From contig JANNXA010000040.1 in the NCBI GenBank assembly GCA_031409275.1, positions 192,568 to 256,567 on the forward strand: a stretch of 64,000 bases of DNA, written 5' to 3'. The position numbers and the translations under genes are program-made. The notes beneath the pieces were generated by a model that saw only the letters and a list, made by a program, of their open reading frames with translations, did not search any database and was not told the DNA's origin. This stretch comes from Planctomycetota bacterium. Its GTDB lineage: Bacteria > Planctomycetota > B15-G4 > SIAN01. Below are positions 18,068 through 26,820 of the stretch, in pieces (position 1 is the first letter of the stretch; every line of letters begins with the position of its first letter).

Positions 18068-18355
18068 TTACTTGCCGGCCTTCGCCGCGGGCTTGGCAGC
18101 AGCCTTGCCCGCCGGAGCCGCGGCCGCCTTGGCGGCGCCGCCTGCAGCCGGCGCACCGGCCGCCGCCGCGTCCTTCTTCGGGACCTTGGTCGACTTGACC
18201 TTGAGTCGGGTTCGCACCTTCGGAAGCCCGAACACGGAGCGCCCGTCCGAGAACTTGCCGTCCTCCTCGAGCTTCATCACGCGCTCGAGGCGCTTCCAGA
18301 CGTTGCGGGAGCGCGTCATGCTTGACTTGACGCGCAGGCTCTTGTGAATCGTCAT
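18068..18355 (-). CDS. PVC-superphylum small basic protein with an Ala/Lys tail
   Basis: MTIHKSL......RSRNV.KR.ER...L...G......SVFGLPKVR, the pattern of the PVC signature protein. GGAGAG RBS. Confidence 0.85.
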   Translation of the reverse strand: MTIHKSLRVKSSMTRSRNVWKRLERVMKLEEDGKFSDGRSVFGLPKVRTRLKVKSTKVPKKDAAAAGAPAAGGAAKAAAAPAGKAAAKPAAKAGK

Positions 18356-18416
18356 CGCGTGCTCTCCGTCAGCCCGCAGCACGTGGGCTGCGGATCAGCG
18401 CGCAGGCCAGAGCGGC

Positions 18417-19361
18417 CTACTGCTTCTTGAACTTCTTGGTGAATGCGCTCGCGAAGCTGCCCCCGAGGGCACGCACCTTGGCGAGGACCTTTTGCAACTC
18501 CGCGTCGTTCTCCGTGAGCGCCGGCCCGATGCGCAACAGCGCCTCGTTGCCTTGAGCGTCGGCGGTGCAGACCTGGATTTGCATCGCCGGGAACTCGTTA
18601 CCGAGCGCCTTCACGACGCGCTGCTTCTCCAGACCCCAGCGCTGTTTCCAATCCTTCCGACGATCACCGCTCAACTTCTCGCTTCCGGCCAGAACCCAGT
18701 ACTCCACCTCCGGCGCTGCAGTCGCGGCCGGCGTCGCCCCGAGCGTGTCCGAAGCGCCAGAGCTGCTCGCGCGCCCCAACGCCGTGTCATCCGCGCTAGC
18801 GCCGCCGTCGCCGGCGGGACCGCTCGGATTCCGCCAGTGTTCGTACCGACGAAGCGAGGTCGAGTGATCCGCCGCCTCGCCATTTGGCACGAATGGCCAG
18901 AAGTGGAGAGCATAGGCCGCGCCGACCAGGATCACCAGTGCTGTCAGCACCCCAGCGAGCGCCCGCAACGACAGCGAGCGTTGCCGGGAGGCTGGCCTCG
19001 ACGCGCCGCGAGCTTTCTCGGACCGCGTCGGCTGGGGCGGTGCATTCCAAGCGCGACGGGTCGGAGCGACCGCGGCCTCGGCTTTGACGCTCGCCGATTT
19101 GACGCTTTCCGCTGCCGTCGACGACTCGTCCCGTTCGCGCCGCGGCTTCTGGGCGGCGACGTCCGACGCCGAGGTGACCTGAGCGCCACCGTGGCCGGCC
19201 GCCATCTCCCGCGCGCGCTCGAGGTAGGCGCCCTTCAATCCACGTCGCGAGGCCTCGGCGAGCCCTTCGTGGGGAGCTCCCGCCTGGGATCCCTGTCCGC
19301 GCGTCTGAAACGAACGGCCGCTCTCGCGAAAGATCTCGAGCGGGTGTTTGTGACCCCGCAT
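18417..19361 (-). CDS. Hypothetical bitopic membrane protein
   Basis: Low-complexity N-terminus, one TM (LAGVLTALVILVGAAYAL), small C-terminal domain. GGGGAG RBS. Confidence 0.65.
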   Translation of the reverse strand: MRGHKHPLEIFRESGRSFQTRGQGSQAGAPHEGLAEASRRGLKGAYLERAREMAAGHGGAQVTSASDVAAQKPRRERDESSTAAESVKSASVKAEAAVAPTRRAWNAPPQPTRSEKARGASRPASRQRSLSLRALAGVLTALVILVGAAYALHFWPFVPNGEAADHSTSLRRYEHWRNPSGPAGDGGASADDTALGRASSSGASDTLGATPAATAAPEVEYWVLAGSEKLSGDRRKDWKQRWGLEKQRVVKALGNEFPAMQIQVCTADAQGNEALLRIGPALTENDAELQKVLAKVRALGGSFASAFTKKFKKQ

Positions 19362-19492
19362 ACACGGCTCCCCACCACGGCACGGCGTGACTCACGCTCG
19401 CCAGCGCGGAGAGGGGACGAAGTTCCACCCTTCCACAGCAGCCCGGCGACCGCCAGGTGCCGCTGCTGCATCGCTGCGTAGACGCGGCGGGG

Positions 19493-19520
19493 ATTATCGG
19501 GCTTCGCGCTCGCGCGTCAA
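19493..19520 (-). promoter_or_regulatory. Sigma-70-type promoter
   Basis: Minus strand TTGACG-N16-GATAAT, about 130 nt upstream of the ATG at 19361. Confidence 0.5.
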
Positions 19521-19969
19521 CGAGGCGGTGGCGGCTTTTGCGCGAGTTCTCGCACACGGCGAATGAACGGGGCGTAGTGGTACGGCGTCCCGCTCTCGTC
19601 ATGGAGCTGCTTCAACCGAGCGTGGAAACGCGCGGAGAGCTCGTCGAGCTCGACCGCTTTCGTGGTGTCGCAGAAGTAGACCCGGCAACCGAGCGGTCGA
19701 CCGTCGCGCGCGGTGCACAGCCCCTCCTTCCACCACGGACACAGCTCCGGATCGCCGTCAGCCAGCAGCGGCGTCGTCGCCGCGAGGTGGGCGAGCTCGA
19801 GGTCGGTCGAGAAGAGCGTCATGCCGCTCGTCTTGAAGTTGCAGCAGCGACCGGAGAGCTCGCACTTCGGCCGCAGTTGGGCGAGCTCCTCGGCGAGCTC
19901 CGCGTACAACGCGCGCAACCCAGCCAACGCGGGCGACGGCGTGCCGTTGACGGGGATCGGGCCGCTCAA
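19517..19969 (-). CDS. YkgJ/CxxCxxCC-like cysteine-cluster protein
   Basis: CELSGRCC...CPW....CTARDGRPLGCRVYFC. TTG start overlaps the kinase stop (TTGA). Confidence 0.75.
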   Translation of the reverse strand: MSGPIPVNGTPSPALAGLRALYAELAEELAQLRPKCELSGRCCNFKTSGMTLFSTDLELAHLAATTPLLADGDPELCPWWKEGLCTARDGRPLGCRVYFCDTTKAVELDELSARFHARLKQLHDESGTPYHYAPFIRRVRELAQKPPPPR

Positions 19970-21111
19970 CGCGGCCGGCGCCGCCGCAAGATCGGCGCGA
20001 TCGGCCGCTTCTCGGGCGGAAGCTCTTCGAACGGCTTCTTCAGCAGCTCCGCATCGCCCCCCTCGGGACGAAACTCGAGCGTCTTCTTGCCGCGAATCTG
20101 CCCCTCGATGTCCGCGATCAGTTCGTCGGGCGTCTGGTAACGGACCTCGCGCTCCTTCGCCATCATCTTCTCGATGAAGTAGTGCAGGTGCGGTGAGATC
20201 TTGCGCGACTTCAGGACCTCGGAAGAGAGCGACGCCAGGATCTGGGCCGCGAGCACTTCCTGGTTGTCGTGCCCGGTGAACGGCAGCTCCCCCACCACCA
20301 GCTGATAGAGGGTGGCGCCGAGCGAGTAGATGTCGCTGCGCACGTCGAGGTCGGACTGGCCGCGCGCCTGCTCCGGGGAGATGTAGGCGACGGTGCCCAC
20401 CGTCGTCGCCGCGGGCTCCGCGCCGCTGTCCGCGCCCCCGTCCGGAGCCGCCTCCCCCATGCTCGACGCGAACCCGAGGTCGATCAGCTTCACCTCGTTG
20501 CGCGCCGTCAGCAGCACGTTCGCGGGCTTGACGTCGCGATGGACGACGCCGTTCTGGGCGAGGTAGCGCAGGGCGCGCGCCACCTGCAGCACGATGTAGA
20601 GCGCCTGATCCTCGTCGAAGGCCTGGCCGCCCTTCAAGAGATCCTGCAGCGACTTGCCCGGAACGAACTCCTGCAGGAACACCAACCGCCCTTGGAACGC
20701 GCCCACCTTCTCGCCGGCGACGACGTTCTCGTGCTTGAGCCCGATCAGGAGCTTGGCTTCGCGCAGGAATGCCGCCTTCGCCTTGGGGTCGGCCTCGAGC
20801 TCGCGCCGCAGCACCTTGATGGCCACGACGCGCCCGCTCTTCTTTTCCTTCGCCTCGAGCACGATCGCGGTGCCGCCGCGGCCAGCGACCGCGATCACGT
20901 CGAATCCGGGGAGTTCCGGGACGTCTTCGCCCTCGACGCGGCGCAGGAAATCGAGCCGCTCGCGGGTGAACAGCCCGGCCGCGATAGCGAGGTCGAAGGG
21001 CTTTCGCCGCGTCGCCTGCGCCTCGCGCATGAGCCCCTCGGCGGCGGCGCGATCGAGCACGCCACGGTGGACGAGCAACGCAAGGAGCTTCAGGTCTTCG
21101 GAGTCGCCCAT
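19966..21111 (-). CDS. Hanks-type Ser/Thr protein kinase (soluble)
   Basis: GRGG, VAIK, HRDVKPANV, DLG, GTVAYISPEQ, DIYSLG. No TM. Confidence 0.93.
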   Translation of the reverse strand: MGDSEDLKLLALLVHRGVLDRAAAEGLMREAQATRRKPFDLAIAAGLFTRERLDFLRRVEGEDVPELPGFDVIAVAGRGGTAIVLEAKEKKSGRVVAIKVLRRELEADPKAKAAFLREAKLLIGLKHENVVAGEKVGAFQGRLVFLQEFVPGKSLQDLLKGGQAFDEDQALYIVLQVARALRYLAQNGVVHRDVKPANVLLTARNEVKLIDLGFASSMGEAAPDGGADSGAEPAATTVGTVAYISPEQARGQSDLDVRSDIYSLGATLYQLVVGELPFTGHDNQEVLAAQILASLSSEVLKSRKISPHLHYFIEKMMAKEREVRYQTPDELIADIEGQIRGKKTLEFRPEGGDAELLKKPFEELPPEKRPIAPILRRRRPR

Positions 21112-21384
21112 GAGGTCCGATGCGAAGGAGTTGCGGAGCGGCGGCGGACCGCGATCGCGGCGATTTCGCGACGCAGGAGTCTACCACCCCCGCCCGCGGC
21201 CCCTGCGGCTCCAAGCGGACACGTTTTCGAGTTCCGGAGTTTCTAAGGCCCCCATCTCAATGGCGCTTCACGGCGGCGCCGAAAGGCGGGTGTCGAGGAT
21301 TGAGCGGAGCGGGCGATCGGGGCCGTCGTTGCGGCTGGCTGCGATCGGACCGATCTGCCAGGAGCTTGCGCGGGAGCCTGCAAC

Positions 21385-22800
21385 GTGACACGCAGCGTCG
21401 ACTGCAACGTGATCCTGAAGTACTGCGAGATCCTTGACGAATTCGTCAAGGTCCGCGTCTTCACCGAGGAAGACATCGTCGAACTGCTGAAGGTCCGCGA
21501 GACCCCCAATCGCAGCGCCTACCAGCAGCTCGTGGTGAACTCCTGCGTCGTGAACTTCCTGGACGAGGTGGTGCCGCTCTTCAAGAAGCAGAGCCGCGTC
21601 TACAAGACCGCCGCTCTCGAGGAACTGCTCTACCAGATCTGCGTCGAGGTGAATCCGCAGCTCGAGATCCACCAGGTGGCGCTCCCGCTCCAAGGCGAGA
21701 CCAAGCTGAGCGGCCAGCTCCACCTGCTCGCCGCGCCCGGGCTGCACCACCAGAAGGAATCGAAGCGCGACCTCGATCGCGTCGAGGCCGAGCTGCGACG
21801 CGCCATCATCGGACAGGATCCGGCGATCGACGCCGTCGTGAAGTCGTTCCGCAAGGCGGCGGCGGGCATCAAGGATCCGCGCCGGCCGATCGGCGTCTTC
21901 CTGCTAGTGGGATCGACCGGCACCGGCAAGACCGAACTCGCCAAGATGACCGCGCGCCATCTCTTCGGCGACCCGACGCGCCTGGTGCGGATCGACTGCA
22001 GCGAGTACGCGCTGCCGCACGAATACGCCAAGCTCATCGGCGCTCCTCCCGGCTACGTCGGCCACAGCGAAGGCGGCCAGCTGACGGAACAGATGAAGGA
22101 GAAGAAGGTCGGCGTCGTCCTCTTCGACGAGATCGAGAAGGCGCACAAGAAGGTCCACAACCTGCTGCTGCAGATCATGGACGAGGGGTTCCTGACCGAC
22201 AGCAAGGGTCAGAGCGTCCCGTTCAACAAGAGCTTCATCCTGCTGACCTCGAACGTCGGCGTCGACGAGATCGAGTCGATCCGCAATCGCGTCGGCTTCG
22301 ATTGGCGGCAGCGCGAGCACGTGGCGCGCGACGACGCCAAGGAAGCCACGCTCGAGGCGATGAAGCACGCCTTCCGTCCGGAGTTCATCAATCGCCTCGA
22401 CGGAGTGCTGGTGTTCAATTCGCTGACGGAAGGCGATTGCGTCCGCATCGCCCGAAACCAGCTTGCGCAGGTCGCGAGCTACCTGAAGCAGAGCGGCATC
22501 GGGCTCGAGTTCGCGCCGGGCGTGGCGCGCAGCGTCGCCCGCATGGGCTTCAACCCCGACTACGGCGCGCGCGAACTGCGCCGCATCATCCAGAACGAGA
22601 TCGAGGAACCGCTCTCGGAGCAGATCCTGAACAGCCACTTCCGCACCGGTGACCAGGTGCGCGTCGTCGCCCGCGGCGAGCGCTTCGCGTTGCAGCGCGT
22701 CGGCCGCCAGCGGGCCGTGCGTGAGCCGGCCGTCGATGCTTCGTCGTCGCCGCCCGCGGGAGCCACTCAGCACCACTCGGGGAGCAGCCCCTCCGCCTGA
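21385..22800 (+). CDS. ClpA/ClpB-D2-like AAA+ ATPase with one ATPase module and an unrecognised N-terminal domain
   Basis: IIGQD.A, GSTGTGKT, RIDCSEY, KLIGAPPGYVG, LFDEIEKAH, FRPEFINRLD, GARELRR. No D1 module or Clp-N repeats. Confidence 0.88.
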   Translation: MTRSVDCNVILKYCEILDEFVKVRVFTEEDIVELLKVRETPNRSAYQQLVVNSCVVNFLDEVVPLFKKQSRVYKTAALEELLYQICVEVNPQLEIHQVALPLQGETKLSGQLHLLAAPGLHHQKESKRDLDRVEAELRRAIIGQDPAIDAVVKSFRKAAAGIKDPRRPIGVFLLVGSTGTGKTELAKMTARHLFGDPTRLVRIDCSEYALPHEYAKLIGAPPGYVGHSEGGQLTEQMKEKKVGVVLFDEIEKAHKKVHNLLLQIMDEGFLTDSKGQSVPFNKSFILLTSNVGVDEIESIRNRVGFDWRQREHVARDDAKEATLEAMKHAFRPEFINRLDGVLVFNSLTEGDCVRIARNQLAQVASYLKQSGIGLEFAPGVARSVARMGFNPDYGARELRRIIQNEIEEPLSEQILNSHFRTGDQVRVVARGERFALQRVGRQRAVREPAVDASSSPPAGATQHHSGSSPSA

Positions 22801-22878
22801 CCGCGGCGACGCGGGCTATGCTCCCGTCCTCGATCGACCGCCGCGGAGAACGCCGCGGACTCGCTTGAGGAGCGACCA

Positions 22879-23670
22879 GTGCTGCGTGCCGCCTTGTTCT
22901 TCGCCGTCGTCCTGCTGCCAATGGCAGCGCAACAGGCGCCGCCTGGCGCCCCGCGCGCTCCCGTCGCGCAGGACACCGAGCCCAGCGATGCCGCGGCCAT
23001 CGGCTTCCTCGAAGCGGTGGTCGACCAGCGCGTCTATTCGCTCGAGAGCGTCGGCGCCGCGCGCCTCGCGTCGAAGATCAAGGCGACCTTCGAGGTCACC
23101 GACCCGCTCGAGAAGCGGCCCTCGACCAGCGTCGAGCTCGACTTGACCTACGACTACGCCACCGGCGCGACGAGTTGCAAGCCGACCGTGCCTCCCGCCG
23201 ACGCGCAACAGCAGCAGATCGTCGTCCAGGCAAGCGTCGCCGCGCAGAACGCCCTCTCGCTCAAGCCATCGCGCAGCGCCAACGGCTGGAAAGTGCACTT
23301 CGTCCAGGAAGGCGACGAGATCCGCCTCGACTACGCGCCGCGCAACCCCGCCGGGCTCGTCGAGTCGTTCAGCGAGTGGCATCGCGCCGATGGGACGCCG
23401 CTGCGCCGCAAGATCACGTCGCGCGTGCCGAGCCACGGCGTCCTGACGACGGTGACGCAGGAGATCGCCTTCGACTACGAGGAGATCGCAAAGCGCCTGC
23501 TGCTGAAGGAGCTCAAACCCGTCGACACGAACGGCGCGCAGTTCGGCTACCGGTTCCAATACATGGAGAAGGACGGTCTCCAGTTCCTCTCCAAGCTGAC
23601 GCAGGAGAACGCGGGATGGCGCCTCACGCTCGACTTCAACACGAAGGTCGAGCTGGCGACGAAGCGCTGA
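22879..23670 (+). CDS. Hypothetical secreted protein
   Basis: Signal peptide MLRAALFFAVVLLPMAA; GAGGAG RBS; beta-rich composition. Confidence 0.7.
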   Translation: MLRAALFFAVVLLPMAAQQAPPGAPRAPVAQDTEPSDAAAIGFLEAVVDQRVYSLESVGAARLASKIKATFEVTDPLEKRPSTSVELDLTYDYATGATSCKPTVPPADAQQQQIVVQASVAAQNALSLKPSRSANGWKVHFVQEGDEIRLDYAPRNPAGLVESFSEWHRADGTPLRRKITSRVPSHGVLTTVTQEIAFDYEEIAKRLLLKELKPVDTNGAQFGYRFQYMEKDGLQFLSKLTQENAGWRLTLDFNTKVELATKR

Positions 23671-23695
23671 GTCGCGGCACGTGACGGGACGAACG

Positions 23696-25081
23696 ATGAA
23701 ACTGCTCCTGCGCGCGGCCGCGGCCGCAGCCTTGGCGTTCGCGATCGATGGCCGTGCGGCGCACGCCGCGACCGACGAGGTCGATCCGCCGGTCGGCACG
23801 CTCGACGGGCGGCCGCTCGAGGCGGGTCGGTTCGCCGAGTTCGTGCTCTCCGAGCAAGGCCGGTCGGCGAGCGGCGCCGACGCGCTCGACCACCTCGTGC
23901 AGGCGCATCTCGTCGACCTCGAAGTGGCGCGCCGCGGCATCGTCGTGACGGAGAGCGACGTCGACGAGCGCATCGACGCGCTCGACGCGCGGTTGCGCGC
24001 CGAGTCGAACGGCAAGCTCTCGATCGCCGACGAGCTCAAGTCGCGCGAAATGGACCGCGACACCTTCCGCATGCTGATGCGCAAGGCGATCGCCTGCGAA
24101 CGGATGATGGGAGCCGACTACGGCCTGCGCAGCGGCTCGGAGATCCCGCGCGAGAAGCAGAGTCTCTGGTTCCAGGAACTGAAGGCGCGCAGCGCGGTCC
24201 GCGTCGACGGGCTGGCCACCGGCATCGCGGCGGAGGTCGGCGACGCCTCGATCAGCCGCACGGCGTGGGGACTCGAGCTCTTCGGCGCCTTGCCCAAGGA
24301 CGACGCTGCTCGACTCTTCGACGAGTACATCGGGATCGAGCTCCTGCTCGCGGCCGCGAAGAAGGCGCGGCTCGAGGTGACGCCCGCGCATGTCGCAGCC
24401 GAGGTGCAGGAGCGGTCGGCGAAGCTCGCGGCCAAGCTCAAGGCGGCGGGGATGTCGACCGACGGGGTCGACTACCTTTCGACCTTGCGCGCGCGCGGAG
24501 ACGATCCCGACAGCGTGCTGGCGAGCGACCGCTTCCGCGCCGAGATCTTGCTGAAGGAACTCGCGCGCCAGCGCTTCGGAAGCGATGGCTGGAAGCGCTA
24601 CTACGCCGACCACCGCGCCGACTTCGATCGCGCGTTCGGACGGCGCGTGCACCTCGCCACCATCCACCTGCGCGCCGACGCCCGTTCGGGCGGCCCGGCC
24701 GGCCGCACGCTCTCCGACGCGACGGCCACGCTCGACGGGCTGAAGCAACGGGCGCAAGCGGGCGACGTTCCGGTCGCCGAGGCCTTCGCCAGTTTCGCGC
24801 GCCTGCGTTCCGAGCATGAGTCGGCGCCTCGCGGCGGCGACATCGGGTTCCTCGCGGCCGAGGAACTCGAACGCAACGGATTGCCGTCGTCGCTGCTCGA
24901 CGAGAAAGTCGGCGCGGTCGTCGGCCCGGTGCCGACCATGAGCGGCGCCCACCTGCTGCGCGTGATCGAGCAGAGAGCCGCCTCTCCGTTCGAGGAGGTG
25001 GTCGGCGAAGTCGAACTTGCGGCGCGCCGGCAGCTGCTGCAGGAGCTGCGCAAGGCGGCCAAGGTGGAACGCAAGATCTGA
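23696..25081 (+). CDS. SurA/PpiC-type peptidyl-prolyl isomerase-like secreted protein
   Basis: Signal peptide, two SurA-N-like helical regions, rotamase motifs VHLATIHL, FASFARLRSE, GGDIGF, GPVPT..G.HL. Confidence 0.8.
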   Translation: MKLLLRAAAAAALAFAIDGRAAHAATDEVDPPVGTLDGRPLEAGRFAEFVLSEQGRSASGADALDHLVQAHLVDLEVARRGIVVTESDVDERIDALDARLRAESNGKLSIADELKSREMDRDTFRMLMRKAIACERMMGADYGLRSGSEIPREKQSLWFQELKARSAVRVDGLATGIAAEVGDASISRTAWGLELFGALPKDDAARLFDEYIGIELLLAAAKKARLEVTPAHVAAEVQERSAKLAAKLKAAGMSTDGVDYLSTLRARGDDPDSVLASDRFRAEILLKELARQRFGSDGWKRYYADHRADFDRAFGRRVHLATIHLRADARSGGPAGRTLSDATATLDGLKQRAQAGDVPVAEAFASFARLRSEHESAPRGGDIGFLAAEELERNGLPSSLLDEKVGAVVGPVPTMSGAHLLRVIEQRAASPFEEVVGEVELAARRQLLQELRKAAKVERKI

Positions 25082-25142
25082 GCGAGAGGGGCGCGGTTCG
25101 AAGGAAGATCGGCGGCACGCAGCGTCGCAGGAGGCGTGAAGG

Positions 25143-25451
25143 ATGCAGTTGGCACGAGTCGTCGGGACGGTCGTCTCGACCATCAAAGAGCCGCGCATGC
25201 GCGAGCTGAAGCTGCAGGTGCTGCGGCTGCTCGACGAGCAGGGCCGCGAGACGGGCGGCTATCAGGTCGCGGTCGACGCCGTTGGCGCCGGCCACGGCGA
25301 CGTCGTCCTTTTCGCCGGAGGGTCGAGCGCGCGCCAGACCGAGCAGACTGACGGCAAGCCGACCGATGCGACCATCATGGCGATCGTCGATTCCTGGGAC
25401 GTCGCTGGCCGCGTCATCTGGTCGGCAAGCGGCAGCGAGGCGACGCCTTGA
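25143..25451 (+). CDS. Microcompartment vertex (pentamer) protein, EutN/CcmL family
   Basis: M.LARVVGTVVST.K, VAVDAVGAG.GD.VL..GGSSAR, DATIMAIVD. Confidence 0.93.
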   Translation: MQLARVVGTVVSTIKEPRMRELKLQVLRLLDEQGRETGGYQVAVDAVGAGHGDVVLFAGGSSARQTEQTDGKPTDATIMAIVDSWDVAGRVIWSASGSEATP

Positions 25452-25732
25452 GGCTTGGACGCGTCATCGGCCGCGTCGTGGCCACCGTTCGGGCGAAGGA
25501 TCTCGACGGCGAGAAGCTCCTCGTGGTGCAGCCGCTCGATGGCGAGCGGCGCCCGATGGGTCCCACGGTCATCGCTTGCGACGTCGTGGAGAGCGGTCCT
25601 GGCGACCTCGTGCTCTGGGTCGGCGGCCGTGAAGCGGGCCTCGCGCTCGCTCGTTCGTTCGTGCCGGTCGATGCGACGATCATCGGTCACGTGGAGCCCG
25701 AGTCCGGCACCAGCGTCGCTGGCGTGAACTGA
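25448..25732 (+). CDS. Microcompartment vertex (pentamer) protein, EutN/CcmL family
   Basis: GRVIGRVVAT, KLLVVQPL, IACDVVESGPGDLV, GREA, PVDATIIG. TTG start overlaps the upstream stop. Confidence 0.9.
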   Translation: MRLGRVIGRVVATVRAKDLDGEKLLVVQPLDGERRPMGPTVIACDVVESGPGDLVLWVGGREAGLALARSFVPVDATIIGHVEPESGTSVAGVN

Positions 25733-25741
25733 GGAGCGGCC

Positions 25742-26092
25742 ATGTACCTCGCCCGCGTCCTCGCACCCGTCGTCGTCCCGATCCACCATTCGGTGCTCGA
25801 CGCGAAGACACTGCTGCTCGTCGCCCGCGTCGAGCCAGACGGGCGGCGCGACCCGCGCGCCCACCACCGCGTCGCGCTCGACACCGTCGGCGCCGGCGAA
25901 GGCGACCTCGTGCTGATCCTCGAAGAGGGGAACTCCGCGCGTCAGCTCCTCGACGACCGCGCGGCACCGGTGCGAAACGTCGTGGTCGGCATCGTCGATG
26001 AGGTCGAGGTCGAAGGCAGAATCACCTTGTGCAACGAGGCGCGCTCGCCCACCGCGATGCGCGCCGGATCGCCGCCGGAGCCCGCTCGATGA
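25742..26092 (+). CDS. Microcompartment vertex (pentamer) protein, EutN/CcmL family
   Basis: MYLARV, VALDTVGAGEGDLVL..EEGNSAR, VVVGIVD. GAGGAG RBS. Confidence 0.9.
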   Translation: MYLARVLAPVVVPIHHSVLDAKTLLLVARVEPDGRRDPRAHHRVALDTVGAGEGDLVLILEEGNSARQLLDDRAAPVRNVVVGIVDEVEVEGRITLCNEARSPTAMRAGSPPEPAR

Positions 26093-26805
26093 ACTATCCC
26101 TACAGCGAAGCGGAGCTGCGCCAGCAGCTGTGCGACATCGGCCGCATGATGTACGAGCGCGGCTTCATCGGCGCCGCCGACGGCAACCTCGCCGCGCGCA
26201 TCGATGACGAGCGGCTGCTGGTGACGCCGGCCGGGGTCCTGAAGGGCTTCATGACGCCGGACATGCTGGTGGTCACCGATCGACAAGGCAACGCGCTCGA
26301 TGGCGGCCGGCCCTCGACCGAGATCAAGATGCACGTGGCGTTGCTCGAAGAGCGGCCCGATGTCTCCGCGGCGCTGCACGCCCACCCGCCCTACACGGTC
26401 TCCTTCTCGCTGGCCGGCATTCCGCTCACGCGCTGCGTGATCCCCGAGATCGTCGTGACCATCGGCAATGTGCCGACCGTCCCCTACGCGACCCCCGGCA
26501 CCGAGGAGCTGCCCGACTCGCTGCGCGTGCCGATCCGCAGCTCCGACGTCCTGCTGCTCGAGCGGCACGGCATCGTGACCGTCGCGGACGAGATCTGGAA
26601 CTGCTTCAAGCTGCTCGACATGGTCGAGCACTCGGCCAAGATCACCCACCTGGCGATGCAGCTCGGCGGCGCGAAGGTGCTCGACCGCGAGCAGGTCGAG
26701 AAGCTGGTGCAGTCGCGCTACGACCTCGGCATCGGCCAGCGCAACACGATCGCCGACGATGTGCAGTCCCGCGTGAGCTGTTCGCAGCCGATCCGGCGCG
26801 GCTGA
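26089..26805 (+). CDS. Class II aldolase/adducin family protein (FucA-like)
   Basis: DGNLA.R, LVTPAG..KG, PSTEIKMH, HAHPP and RHG Zn-binding His residues. ATGA overlap with the third pentamer gene. Confidence 0.92.
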   Translation: MNYPYSEAELRQQLCDIGRMMYERGFIGAADGNLAARIDDERLLVTPAGVLKGFMTPDMLVVTDRQGNALDGGRPSTEIKMHVALLEERPDVSAALHAHPPYTVSFSLAGIPLTRCVIPEIVVTIGNVPTVPYATPGTEELPDSLRVPIRSSDVLLLERHGIVTVADEIWNCFKLLDMVEHSAKITHLAMQLGGAKVLDREQVEKLVQSRYDLGIGQRNTIADDVQSRVSCSQPIRRG

Positions 26806-26820
26806 GTCGGCGCCCTCCGC

